Positions 19,618 through 29,892 of a stretch of 64,000 bases of DNA are shown here, one piece after another. Both the position numbers and the translations under genes were made by a program. A model generated the notes under the pieces. It worked only from the letters and a program-made list of their open reading frames with translations. It had not been told where the DNA came from and did no database searches. This DNA comes from Candidatus Asgardarchaeum abyssi (GTDB taxonomy: Archaea; Asgardarchaeota; Asgardarchaeia; Asgardarchaeales; Asgardarchaeaceae). Where the stretch lies: assembly GCA_040225955.1 (NCBI GenBank), contig JBECUL010000007.1:1-64000 (forward strand), in the 5' to 3' direction. Within the stretch, counting starts at the first letter, position 1. Each line of letters opens with the position of its first letter.

Positions 19618-20601
19618 CTATAATGTGCAGCATTTCTTATGAACCACTACTTCATATCCTTCATTTTTAAGTCTTGATACGGCATCATGTGACGGAACAG
19701 CTATCCTATCCGCAATGTACCTAATCGCCATATAATCTAATGTTTTTCTTAAGTTACCTGATGGACGCATGCATCCTAGTGAGATCGATGAATCTAAAAC
19801 TAATCTAGAAAGGGCCATGACCGATAAAATTTCTCTAAGAGAGGGAGGTGTTATATTTTCAAAAGGGGTGCTTGGGGTAGGGCGGATAATTATAAATACC
19901 AGTTCTGGGGGAGCTATTTTTCTTACAAATTCGAGCGATACAAATTCATGTTCTGTAATCTTTCCATAATAAAATCCAATTCCGATATGTGGTGCAACTG
20001 TCAAATTGTTTCTTTTTAAATTGATTAGTGTCTTCAGATAATCTTCGGGTGTCTTTTTTAACCCGTAAACATCCTTTATTATTTTTATATCACCTGAAAC
20101 ATCAACGGATACCGAATCTATACCAGCATATTTTAGTAGTTTAGCCATTTTCTCATTAGCAAGTCCCGTATGAACATTAATAAGCAGATTAGTATTCTCC
20201 TTTATCCATTTTATTGCGTCTATAAAAGGTTCTAATGGTACATATCCTTCAGTTGTATATCCACCACTTATGAGACACCCGACTCCTCCACTCTTTTCAT
20301 GTTTTAAGCAAAATTCTTTTAACTTTTGAGGATTGGTTATTGGTATCATGTGTTGCAGATACTTACCCATACAGTGTTTGCATTGTAGCGCACAGAATCC
20401 TCCGGTTATCGATACGGATGGAAATTCTTTTCCTGGATAGAATACCTCGATCTTTTTTCCAAATAATTGCTCTCTCTTACTTTTCGCTAATAGTAAAAGA
20501 TTATTGTAGAATATATCATCTCTAATAGCTTTATTAAATATCTCCCTAAAATTTCCACTTTTAATTGCTCGGAATATTTCATCTATATATTGTTCTCTCA
20601 A
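19618..20601 (-). CDS. Radical SAM lipoyl synthase subunit, LipS1-like
   Basis: CALQCKHC, GCMR and terminal CC motifs; adjacent to the lipoate ligase. The S1/S2 naming is from memory of the Thermococcus pair. Confidence 0.8.
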   Translation of the reverse strand: MREQYIDEIFRAIKSGNFREIFNKAIRDDIFYNNLLLLAKSKREQLFGKKIEVFYPGKEFPSVSITGGFCALQCKHCMGKYLQHMIPITNPQKLKEFCLKHEKSGGVGCLISGGYTTEGYVPLEPFIDAIKWIKENTNLLINVHTGLANEKMAKLLKYAGIDSVSVDVSGDIKIIKDVYGLKKTPEDYLKTLINLKRNNLTVAPHIGIGFYYGKITEHEFVSLEFVRKIAPPELVFIIIRPTPSTPFENITPPSLREILSVMALSRLVLDSSISLGCMRPSGNLRKTLDYMAIRYIADRIAVPSHDAVSRLKNEGYEVVVHKKCCTL

Positions 20602-20607
20602 GTATCG

Positions 20608-21372
20608 TCACCTTAGGCCGATCCATTTTATGTCGCTGTATTTTTTCATCAATTCATCTGCCAATTTTTTCTCGTATTCTGTAAGTTCGCTTTCAATTAA
20701 AGTGACTTCTAGGGCATCCTCGAATCCTTTTTTAAGATATTTTGCGACATCATCAAAATCTGGCTTATAGCCAAGTAGGTCCTTCATAGAGGTTACTCTT
20801 TCTTTGACTGACTGCACAATTTTATCTCTTATTTTCTCATTTGGTACCTTTAGAAGAGTAAACATCGTGTCAACATCAACATCTATAAGTAGAGTTCCAT
20901 GCTGTAGCAGTATATTTCCTTTTCGTGTTTGTGCGCTTCCTGAAATTTTTCTGTTTCCGACAATTATATCATTATATGGTCTGAAATCGGCCTCAATAGA
21001 AAATTTTCTTAGAGCAAAAATAATTCCACTACAAATTTTTCTATATGATTCAATTAAATCTCTTGGAATTGTCCTATTATCAATGAGCGCAATAGTACTA
21101 TATGTAATCTCTCCATTATAATCATGATAAACAGCACCTCCGCCTGTAATTCTTCTTGTCACATCTACACCCACTTTTTTAGTAGCGTATGTATCAACTT
21201 CAAGTTCTAAACTTTGAAAGTAGCCTATTGTTACAGCAGATGGATTCCATCTATATAATCTAACAGTATTGGGTACGAGATTTTTTATTCTAGCTCTTAG
21301 AATGGCCTCATCTATTGCCATATTCATATAAGCATTTCTAACTTCTAATGGCAAAAAACGCCACTTATTCAT
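20608..21372 (-). CDS. lplA: Lipoate-protein ligase, catalytic domain
   Basis: NMAIDEA, RRITGGGAVYHD, ND, KISGSAQ, QHGTL. Confidence 0.92.
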   Translation of the reverse strand: MNKWRFLPLEVRNAYMNMAIDEAILRARIKNLVPNTVRLYRWNPSAVTIGYFQSLELEVDTYATKKVGVDVTRRITGGGAVYHDYNGEITYSTIALIDNRTIPRDLIESYRKICSGIIFALRKFSIEADFRPYNDIIVGNRKISGSAQTRKGNILLQHGTLLIDVDVDTMFTLLKVPNEKIRDKIVQSVKERVTSMKDLLGYKPDFDDVAKYLKKGFEDALEVTLIESELTEYEKKLADELMKKYSDIKWIGLR

Positions 21373-22369
21373 CCTCAACACCCAATTCTTTTCTTATCCT
21401 TCTTATATCATCCTCATCTGGCCTCATGGGAAAATTATAAATTATACCACTAGGAGACTCATTATAATAGGGTCTATTACAATAAGAACATCCAGTTGTA
21501 ATAAATGGATATCCGCTTTTTATAACTTTTTTCAGAATTTCCTTGGAAACTCCAAAATTTAAAAGGTTGCCGCTGTCGTCGAAGGTCATTTTTTCAAAAT
21601 TTGTAATTTTATGCCTTATAAGATAATATGCTAGTTGGATTTTCCTGTATAAGGAAATATCTGGAGGTTTCATATTTTCTATTTTCGTTCCTCTTATCGG
21701 TGTCAATGCCATAATTCCAACTATTACGCCAAGGTCATTCATTTTTTGAAGAAAGTTAATAGCATCTCTCTCCGACTCCCCAAAACCAATGATTATATGT
21801 GTACTCACATGCCATTTTCCATAAATGTCTAAAGCATCTAGTAATGCTCTCCAATGTCCTTCCCATGTATAATTATTCCCTGTGCTTTTGCCCTTTATTT
21901 TTTCAAAAATTTCAGGTGTTACAGCATCAAAGGAGATCGATAAATCACTTACTCCTAGCTTTTTTAACTTTTTCATATCTTCCTTAGAAATTGGATGAAT
22001 TGCTAAAGAGAGAGGAACTTTACCCTTAATTTTTGTTGCTATTTTCTCTAATTGGTACTCTAAAATGTTCATTAAGTTAGGAATATTTATAGTCTGCACA
22101 CAAATTCTGAAGATCTTCCTATTGTTTATTGCTTCATTTATTTTCTCAATAACTTCATCAAGAGGATATTTTGGCCATATAACCCGTGAAAGATAATCGT
22201 TACTTATTTTACTCTCCCTAGCTTGAACACAAAAGATACAATTTGCAGTACATTTATTTTCTGAATATGTCATCAGATATGCGGTTGTGGGCAAAGCTTT
22301 TACTTTAATTCTTACTAAACCTATTGCCGCTGCTGTGCCTATTGATACTCGTATAAATTCTCGTTCCAA
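21365..22369 (-). CDS. Radical SAM lipoyl synthase subunit, LipS2-like
   Basis: CTANCIFC and C-terminal TTGCSYCNRP. Probable TTG start at 22369 behind GGTGA; alternative ATG at 22411. Confidence 0.8.
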   Translation of the reverse strand: MEREFIRVSIGTAAAIGLVRIKVKALPTTAYLMTYSENKCTANCIFCVQARESKISNDYLSRVIWPKYPLDEVIEKINEAINNRKIFRICVQTINIPNLMNILEYQLEKIATKIKGKVPLSLAIHPISKEDMKKLKKLGVSDLSISFDAVTPEIFEKIKGKSTGNNYTWEGHWRALLDALDIYGKWHVSTHIIIGFGESERDAINFLQKMNDLGVIVGIMALTPIRGTKIENMKPPDISLYRKIQLAYYLIRHKITNFEKMTFDDSGNLLNFGVSKEILKKVIKSGYPFITTGCSYCNRPYYNESPSGIIYNFPMRPDEDDIRRIRKELGVEDE

Positions 22370-22376
22370 AATTATC

Positions 22377-22907
22377 TCACCTTGATAAATCTTTTTCTTG
22401 GTAGTAACCATTATATGTCTCATCTGTCGGGTTTTCGATACGCAAAAATACCATCTGTACCCAAGCCTCGGATTTGTGTATTTTTGCACTTATTGGAAAA
22501 TAAAATGTTTGTGTTGGAGTTCCAGAAAATCCAGCATCAAGCACACCAGTTTGGCTTTTAATTATTCCAAGTCTATTAAAGGTACTTCTCGGAAAGATAA
22601 GTGCTATCATATCTTTAGGGATTGATACCTTTGGTAATACAATTTCGATAATACTTCCTTTTTGAATTTTGTAATATCCATCACTGTCAGGATGTATCTC
22701 AACTCTGTTATCATAAATTTCGATGAATGTTTCATCCTCTTTTATGTAGCCTCTCATATTTTTATGAAGAAACGCAACGGAGTTATCGGGTATTTTAAAA
22801 ACTCTCAATGGTGCCAAGTCGATACCATTTGGGTTTATTTTTACAAAGTCGCTTAAGTAATTTGCTACCTCTTTTCCACTGATAATCATAAATATCACCG
22901 AAATCAA
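22377..22907 (-). CDS. Trimeric dUTPase/dCTP deaminase family protein
   Basis: NGIDL, PRSTFNRLG, GVLDAGFSG, QMVF, YNGYYQ. Confidence 0.88.
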   Translation of the reverse strand: MISVIFMIISGKEVANYLSDFVKINPNGIDLAPLRVFKIPDNSVAFLHKNMRGYIKEDETFIEIYDNRVEIHPDSDGYYKIQKGSIIEIVLPKVSIPKDMIALIFPRSTFNRLGIIKSQTGVLDAGFSGTPTQTFYFPISAKIHKSEAWVQMVFLRIENPTDETYNGYYQEKDLSR

Positions 22908-23012
22908 TAAATATTTACGAAAATCTAATATCTAAGGCTCTGAAAATAAGCATACAGTTTAAATATTTAAAAAATCTGTTATGCTTTAAAATAAATCTGA
23001 GCGGAGCTAAAG

Positions 23013-23687
23013 ATGTTTATAGAAGTAATATCAAAATTATTTCTCCAGATAATGGATTTCCTAGACTGGTTAATGCATTTTTTGGGTTTATTAGGATACT
23101 TTTTAGTTCTGGTACTTCAGGCTATAATAGCCCCCATACCAAGTGAAGCAACTTTGATGCTTGGTGGGTGGTCTTATGGTTTCTTTTTAGGAGGTTTAGT
23201 TGGATGGCTAGGTACCACAACGGGATCTGTTATTACATTTTTTATTTCAAGAAAGGGCGGGCGCCCTATAGTAGTAAAATTTGTTGGTGAGAAGTCGGTT
23301 TCTTTTGCTGATAAATGGTTCGAACGGTGGGGAGGCTGGGCAGTTCTTTTTGGTCGATTAATTCCATTTATTCCGTTCGATGCCATATCTTATGGAGCAG
23401 GGTTAACGAAAATAGACTTTAGATCATTTATAATTGCTAGTACTTTAGGGGGTGTTCCCCGCTCCTTCTTTTATGCTTGGCTTGGGTATACCTTTAGACG
23501 ACAAGTAGAGAGAATCACTTTAGAAGAAATTCTACAGGACCCATCTATGACATTCTCTGTATCAATTTTGGTGGTAGTTTCTTTGATAATTATAGTAGGA
23601 TATTATATCATTAGTAAGAAGTATTCATCCATTCTCGCATACAATAGAGAGTTGGGAGCGGTAGACATTGATACTTCTCAAGGATAA
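23013..23687 (+). CDS. TVP38/TMEM64 (DedA/VTT domain) membrane protein
   Basis: LQAIIAPIPSE, GRLIPFIPFDAISYGAG. Confidence 0.9.
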   Translation: MFIEVISKLFLQIMDFLDWLMHFLGLLGYFLVLVLQAIIAPIPSEATLMLGGWSYGFFLGGLVGWLGTTTGSVITFFISRKGGRPIVVKFVGEKSVSFADKWFERWGGWAVLFGRLIPFIPFDAISYGAGLTKIDFRSFIIASTLGGVPRSFFYAWLGYTFRRQVERITLEEILQDPSMTFSVSILVVVSLIIIVGYYIISKKYSSILAYNRELGAVDIDTSQG

Positions 23688-25116
23688 AGAATCTGATAAA
23701 GTATATAAACTATACATTATTGACGCTCATCATCATGTAGGTAAGGAAAAAAATATTGAAAATAAACCCTCTGATGTCTATCGCTTCTTTGAGAGGATTG
23801 AAAATTATATCTTATCAAAATTTGAAAAGTTATCCTCTAGGGAGCTTGAACGTTATCGTTTCATTCCAATTAAAGTTGAATCATCTATAAGTTATCTTAC
23901 AACCTTTTTAGAAGATATACCATCCTGGAGAGAATCAAATATCGGCTGGTTAGTAGATAAAAGTGTAGTTTTCCCCTTAAATGATATATACGCTTATACG
24001 ACTGATGTTGCTTTTGAAAAAAGTAATAGGATAATCTCAAGCATAACTACGAAGCTTCCAGATTCTTTGCGTCTTTATGGATTCGCAAGAGTAGATCCTA
24101 AAGATGGTCTGAAAGCGGCTAAAGAGTTTCAAAAATCCATAAGTGAATTGAAGCTTAGAGGATTAAAATTACATCCTATATCTCAAATGTTTATTGATAG
24201 ATTGCTTGGAGAAGAGGTAATCTCTCTAACTTGTGAAGCTACAAAATTTAATGTTCCCGTAATTATCGATGCTCGATTCATCGCTACTGCAAGGCGAATC
24301 AAAGAATTAGCAATTATTACATCAGAGAAAATAACTCATAATAAAGATTCCCAGCCAAAAATCATAATAGCTCACTGTGGTAGGTCCTTTGGGAACCCAG
24401 AGCTCTTTTCAGATATTTTATCCAATAAATTTGTTTATGGTGAAACTTCAACGCTCTCTGGGAGTGATATTCCTATATTTTATGAGCTAGCTTCAGAAAT
24501 ATTAGGTAACGTGAAAAACATTGAGGATTCTTGGTCATCAAAAATAATTTTTGGTACAGATTCTCCTTTAATGGGCGAAATTCAAGCAATAGAGCACTTA
24601 ATGTTCCTTTTCACTTATGATTTTTATTCGATAACTGGTGGTGGTTTTTTTGAAATTCAACAAATTCTAGCGGGTAATATTCTACGCTTAATCCCTTATC
24701 CTGTCTTTCTTTCCCCCTCAGAAAATGATAAAAAAGTCCATGTAATAGAATTCACGAGTATAAGAGATTTTGAAAATTTCATGAAAGCAATAATGATGAG
24801 TGCGATGAAAGGGGAGATTAATATTATATCCGTTGACAATCTAATTGGCCCATATGGATCTATAGTTTACAATAACAAAATAATCTTATCCCTATTCTAT
24901 CAAAAAAGTAAAGTTGAAAGAGTTCTATTTATAGATATAGATGAATCTGAGAGTATTTATCGTATATTTCTAATACCAAGTGAGATGCTTGAAGGGGTGA
25001 CAAGAGTTGCAGATTACACGGAGAATAAATTATATCGTATCTATGAAGAGTATATATTGTCCGAGGTTAATTATAGTAATATAAAAGAATTTTTTAATGG
25101 TAAACGACAAAATTAA
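23668..25116 (+). CDS. Amidohydrolase_2-family metallohydrolase with a C-terminal extension
   Basis: IIDAHHH, GLKLHP, IIAHCG, FGTDSP, ILAGNILRL. Confidence 0.85.
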   Translation: MILLKDKESDKVYKLYIIDAHHHVGKEKNIENKPSDVYRFFERIENYILSKFEKLSSRELERYRFIPIKVESSISYLTTFLEDIPSWRESNIGWLVDKSVVFPLNDIYAYTTDVAFEKSNRIISSITTKLPDSLRLYGFARVDPKDGLKAAKEFQKSISELKLRGLKLHPISQMFIDRLLGEEVISLTCEATKFNVPVIIDARFIATARRIKELAIITSEKITHNKDSQPKIIIAHCGRSFGNPELFSDILSNKFVYGETSTLSGSDIPIFYELASEILGNVKNIEDSWSSKIIFGTDSPLMGEIQAIEHLMFLFTYDFYSITGGGFFEIQQILAGNILRLIPYPVFLSPSENDKKVHVIEFTSIRDFENFMKAIMMSAMKGEINIISVDNLIGPYGSIVYNNKIILSLFYQKSKVERVLFIDIDESESIYRIFLIPSEMLEGVTRVADYTENKLYRIYEEYILSEVNYSNIKEFFNGKRQN

Positions 25117-25161
25117 CGAATAGAAAAAAATGATTTTTTATAATAATGAGAGGGATAAATC

Positions 25162-26442
25162 ATGGATGACTTCTTTCGTGTTATTGAAGGTGGTGATCTA
25201 AAAGGGAATATACATATGAATCCCAAAGATATGGAGGATTTAGACATTTCCACTTTAAGTGTAATAATTTTTAAGCATGAGTTTGGCTATTTTGGAGCGG
25301 GACGAGTTAAAAAGGATCAGACTGTTGAAAGAGGCACTATTAAGGTTGATAGCTACCTACTTGAGAGTAGCCATATAAAACATGGCGATGAGGTTGAAAT
25401 AATAAAGTATGAAAAGCCGGTAAACCCTATTAGTAAAGTTGAATTTATTCTAGAGCCTAGAAGACCTGATATTCCAGCAGAAGAACTAAAAGCAATTGCT
25501 GAGGAGCGTTCTAATGAACTTAAATTACTTCTTGATAATAAAATTGTATTCGAAGGGATGGAAATTAATTGGCCTACTCTTGATGTTACTGTCAAAATAA
25601 TGTCCAAGGAACCCAAATTAGGTGCGTATGAAGTTGGATTATTAACATGGGAAGAGTTAAGTTATTCATTTTCAGTTAAGGGTATGGCTGAAAGATTCGA
25701 TGCAATATTACTTATAGATACTTCTGGAAGTATGCAACAAAGAGATTTACTTGTTAAAAATATCTCTCCTGTCATTGAAAGTCTTAAAGATTACGCCCGT
25801 GATGATCCATCTTTTCAAGCATTTTTAAATCAATTTAAGGAAGGGACTCGTGTGACACGCATAATGGGTGCTGCATTAGCTGCGCAATTATATTTGCAAC
25901 GGAAAATAGAACGAGGGTTTGGGGAACGTGTCGCTGTAATAACATTTGCCAGAGAGGCCGATGAGTTGACATTCAAACCTCGCGGCTCTCCCACATTACA
26001 ACCATGGGTTGAGTGTAAAGGTGAGGGTGCCGAGATAGGGATAAAGGTGGTTTCTCGGTTTATTCAAGAGAAATGTCAGAGTGGTGAAGGACTTACAGAC
26101 ATGGGCGCTGCTCTTGAGAAAGCTGCAGAAATAGTAGACCAATTTAAACCATTACCAGATGGTCGAAAATTGCCTGTGATGCTATTACTCCTTACAGATG
26201 GTTTACCAACCAAAGGGCGAAATCCTATTGACGTTGTTAAGGAAAAATTTGCAAAAAGAAAAGATGTTGTAATATATACCCTAGGAATAGGTAATCCTGA
26301 AGAGATAGATGAAGATTTACTTCGAGAAATTGCTGCTCTAACAAAGGGGCAATACTCTTTATGTGCTGACCTAGGCGATTTAATGGACTGGTTTGATAGG
26401 TTAGCTCAAGAATTTACTAGAGTATTAGGTAAAATGATTTAA
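25162..26442 (+). CDS. CDC48-N-like (double-psi barrel) domain fused to a VWA domain
   Basis: IHMNPKDMEDLDI...GTIKVD...IKHGDEVEI..., then MIDAS motif DTSGS, GLTDM, LLTDG, YTLGIG. Confidence 0.8.
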   Translation: MDDFFRVIEGGDLKGNIHMNPKDMEDLDISTLSVIIFKHEFGYFGAGRVKKDQTVERGTIKVDSYLLESSHIKHGDEVEIIKYEKPVNPISKVEFILEPRRPDIPAEELKAIAEERSNELKLLLDNKIVFEGMEINWPTLDVTVKIMSKEPKLGAYEVGLLTWEELSYSFSVKGMAERFDAILLIDTSGSMQQRDLLVKNISPVIESLKDYARDDPSFQAFLNQFKEGTRVTRIMGAALAAQLYLQRKIERGFGERVAVITFAREADELTFKPRGSPTLQPWVECKGEGAEIGIKVVSRFIQEKCQSGEGLTDMGAALEKAAEIVDQFKPLPDGRKLPVMLLLLTDGLPTKGRNPIDVVKEKFAKRKDVVIYTLGIGNPEEIDEDLLREIAALTKGQYSLCADLGDLMDWFDRLAQEFTRVLGKMI

Positions 26443-26444
26443 TG

Positions 26445-29400
26445 CTATTCTGGGATCACGAAAAATACTTTTTCACTTACTTTTGTGCTCTTAATTTTTA
26501 TTCCTTTTTGATAGACCTCTCCAAATATTCTAATTTTTGTTAAGGTCTTTGATATGGTTATATCTATTTTTGCTATTTTTAATCGCTTAATTTCTCCTTT
26601 TTTAATTGTGAAGGGAGGATACGAGATTTTATAAGATTTACCTGGGGAAATATCAACATGAATAATAAGTTGAATGGGTGAACTTATATCTGTGTCACTT
26701 TTAATGGTAGGTTCTATTATTATTTTCTCTAAGGAGGTTATCACATCTGGTATTGGTAAATTATCTTCTGTTTTTATATCAAGCGTTACTTTTAACAAGG
26801 GTGATTTTGGGAGTTTTATTTTAGCTTGCTTTTGCGTTTCATCTATTTTTTCCTCTCCACTAAAAAGCATTGCTTGGATAATGCATAATTTTGATGCCTC
26901 GGCAAATAAAGGAACATGAATACTAATTTTTTTATCGACGAATTCTCCTTTTTTAATTTTAAGGGGTTCTTCCAGTTCATTAATAGTTCCAATATTTGGG
27001 GAAAAAAGCCTAATAATAAGTCTGAGATTAGAATTTTCTCTATTCCATATAATTTTGCATGGTATTTCTAATACCTTGCCTATCTCCACTTCATCTGGAA
27101 TGGTTACATTAAGAACTTTGGTTTCTTTAATTTTTCCACTCTTCACTAAAATTGGAGTAGAATACCTTATAATTTGTTTATTATTTTCATAAATTTCAGC
27201 AACGATTTCCATATATCCCTCTGGATAGTTTATTAGCACAGGCTCTATTTCTATGATCATCGAGGTCTTGGGTTCTAAGATACCCTCCTCAAGGACTATT
27301 TCTTTATTTATTTGTGGAACATGCAATTTTATAGTGTATCTGCTTCCTTTTGCTAAGGTTTTTTGTGTTTCAAAGAAAACGGATCCACTTAAATAATCGC
27401 CCTGCATTATTACCCTAGGAACATCTAGTATGGCTCTCACAATAGGTAATGACTTTTGTATATTAATATAAGCAGATTCATAATATCCAACAATCTTACC
27501 ATTTGAAATAGCTTTAATTATAAAGCGAGCATAGTCTTCTCCCTCATGAAGAATAAGATCTTCTGGAATCTTCCAAGAAAGTGAAAATGGAATCTCACCC
27601 AAGTCGCTGTCAAATATAGAATCGTAAATTGTGATAACTCCACTTTTCTCGGAGACAAAATCTATTTTTAGCTCAAATTTTTTATCTGGAAAGTATCCCT
27701 TTGTTGAAAGAACGAAGTTGAAAAATACATTTTCTCCCAGATAATATATTGATTTTAGTGGATTTATGATAGGTGTCGTGTTATTTATTTGGCGTATATT
27801 TACCTCAGGAGGTATTGTAAGGATTACTATCTTTCCACTTTTTGATGATGCTATCTTCTGTCCTCTTTCATCATAAACTTCCAGATATAACCTGCAGGTT
27901 TTATTTATAAGCTCTAATGGCACATTTTCAACTACAAGAGGCCCTAGTTTCCTAGATGTTAGCTCTATTTTTGAATTCTCTGGAATTGTTATCCTTCTCT
28001 CAAGACTTGATAAAATATTTCTTCCCTCTTCATCTATTACAACTATGGCGATTCTTGCATTTATCTTAACTGGACTATTATTTTTTAGCTCAGCGTGGTA
28101 ATCTATAGGTGTATCTGGCTCTACAGCAAAAATATCAGTTGAGATTCTTGCCTCCAAGGAGTAGGTACTTACGATTCTTGTCACAGATATCTTGGCATTT
28201 TTAACTTTTAGTTCAGCAATAATATTATAGCTTTTTATTTCTTCACCTGCAAAAAATTCAAACAAAAAAAGGGCTTTTTCATTTTTTCTTAAGATTGATA
28301 TATGTTTCGTAAAGCTCTTTATGACATTTCCGAATACATCTTCTATTTTACAGTATAGAGAAAGATTTTCGAAATCTTTCTCTGAGCTATTAATAATCCT
28401 AATAGACACTGGAACTGTTCTGTTTGAGAAAGCAATCTCTGGTGCTTCGATTTTAAGCGATATGGCTCTTTCTGGAAGCAAATATATAGGTAATGACGGA
28501 CTTTCCTGTAGGGGGTCGTATTTCAAATTTTCACAGCTTTTTGATAAAATTCCCTCAACAATTTCTAAAAGCTTAATACCGTCTCTACCATGCTCAATAA
28601 AAGCTCGAAGCAGATAATCTGCGGGAGTATACATAGGTGGAATTTTTTCAGATCCAAATATCGTAACTAACAGCGGCTGAGTCAGAGGATTTTCAAAAAA
28701 TCCTAATTCTTCAAGTTCTTCCTTAATAAAATAAATTAGCCCAATAACAGCATCATTTAAAAATCGGTTTTCCTCAGAAAAGTTAGAACCTGCTTTGTAA
28801 TTATAAATTTTGGCAAAAACTGGATCTTTCTTTTCTAGATTCTTATCTGGATGAAACATACCTTGAAGCCCAAGTTGGATAGCTTCTTCTCTATTTTTTA
28901 CTATAATTTCAGATGAAACAGATGGTATTCCAGATAATCCTTTACTTTGATAAATTTTCTTAGCTTTTAATGCGATAGCTTCTAAGAGAAGGGCTAATGA
29001 TATCATTCTTGAAATACTATATTGTGTATCAAATATTCTAATTTCTATTGTTCCATGAATAGTAAATGGATATAAATCAACTAAGCGTCCTCCATGTTTT
29101 CTCCTACCTGTAGTTTCTACAAAATAATTTATGTCTGGTGACTTTAAGTATGGTACATAGTGTAGATGTGACGAGGGGCCTAATTGATGATCATTCTTTA
29201 ATAATCTAATACTCCTAATACAATTAGGTGCTATCAAGTACCCTCTTCTATTAATTTCTATTGCATTATCGGTTGGCAGTCCATCTTCAAATGGAGAATT
29301 TGCACTTAGTGCAATTAAATGAGGTATAAAATTTCTAATCATATTATATACAGCAATTCGTTCGTTCATATCTTCAATGCCTAAATGATGATGTTCACCA

Positions 29401-29879
29401 TAACTAAGTCCGACTGAGTATTTCTGAAGCGGGTTAAGACCAATTCCAATTAAAACGTATGGTGTAATCGCTTTTACAGCTACATTTACAGAGCGAATTA
29501 ATTTATGTAACCACCAAATCAATTCCCCTAAAAATTCACAAGGTGGTGTTGCAATTTCTAGAATGAAGGTCCTAGAGATATTAGGGTCTCGTGAGATTAA
29601 GTCTACTTTCACCTCCCTATTTCCAAGTTTATAAACAAGTTGAAAAGAAAAACCTTTCTTTTCTAACATAACAAAATCGTAACCGATTATCTTATTTCTT
29701 ATATACTCAGGTGCGTGCTCTATGTCTCTTTTGATAAGATCACCTGCTTCTTTAATTATTCTCTTAAATTTTTCAATAAATTCTTCTTCCATTATCCACT
29801 TTCCATCATTTTTAATTATTCCAAGCTCTACTTCGATTCCTTGAGTATATGGTAGTTTTACTTGATTTTTAGTAACCAT
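26445..29879 (-). CDS. YbdK/GCS2-type carboxylate-amine ligase fused to tandem Ig-like beta-sandwich domains
   Basis: GIEVE, LEIAT, GEHHHLG, IPHLIALSANSPF, GTIEIRIFD. The last ~670 aa are repeated beta-strand-rich units. Confidence 0.82.
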   Translation of the reverse strand: MVTKNQVKLPYTQGIEVELGIIKNDGKWIMEEEFIEKFKRIIKEAGDLIKRDIEHAPEYIRNKIIGYDFVMLEKKGFSFQLVYKLGNREVKVDLISRDPNISRTFILEIATPPCEFLGELIWWLHKLIRSVNVAVKAITPYVLIGIGLNPLQKYSVGLSYGEHHHLGIEDMNERIAVYNMIRNFIPHLIALSANSPFEDGLPTDNAIEINRRGYLIAPNCIRSIRLLKNDHQLGPSSHLHYVPYLKSPDINYFVETTGRRKHGGRLVDLYPFTIHGTIEIRIFDTQYSISRMISLALLLEAIALKAKKIYQSKGLSGIPSVSSEIIVKNREEAIQLGLQGMFHPDKNLEKKDPVFAKIYNYKAGSNFSEENRFLNDAVIGLIYFIKEELEELGFFENPLTQPLLVTIFGSEKIPPMYTPADYLLRAFIEHGRDGIKLLEIVEGILSKSCENLKYDPLQESPSLPIYLLPERAISLKIEAPEIAFSNRTVPVSIRIINSSEKDFENLSLYCKIEDVFGNVIKSFTKHISILRKNEKALFLFEFFAGEEIKSYNIIAELKVKNAKISVTRIVSTYSLEARISTDIFAVEPDTPIDYHAELKNNSPVKINARIAIVVIDEEGRNILSSLERRITIPENSKIELTSRKLGPLVVENVPLELINKTCRLYLEVYDERGQKIASSKSGKIVILTIPPEVNIRQINNTTPIINPLKSIYYLGENVFFNFVLSTKGYFPDKKFELKIDFVSEKSGVITIYDSIFDSDLGEIPFSLSWKIPEDLILHEGEDYARFIIKAISNGKIVGYYESAYINIQKSLPIVRAILDVPRVIMQGDYLSGSVFFETQKTLAKGSRYTIKLHVPQINKEIVLEEGILEPKTSMIIEIEPVLINYPEGYMEIVAEIYENNKQIIRYSTPILVKSGKIKETKVLNVTIPDEVEIGKVLEIPCKIIWNRENSNLRLIIRLFSPNIGTINELEEPLKIKKGEFVDKKISIHVPLFAEASKLCIIQAMLFSGEEKIDETQKQAKIKLPKSPLLKVTLDIKTEDNLPIPDVITSLEKIIIEPTIKSDTDISSPIQLIIHVDISPGKSYKISYPPFTIKKGEIKRLKIAKIDITISKTLTKIRIFGEVYQKGIKIKSTKVSEKVFFVIPE

Positions 29880-29892
29880 ATAAATCCCCGTA

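Noticed and set aside
19618-22369. Biotin synthase call for the two radical SAM genes
   Set aside because: Their Cys motifs and position around the lipoate ligase fit the LipS pair better.
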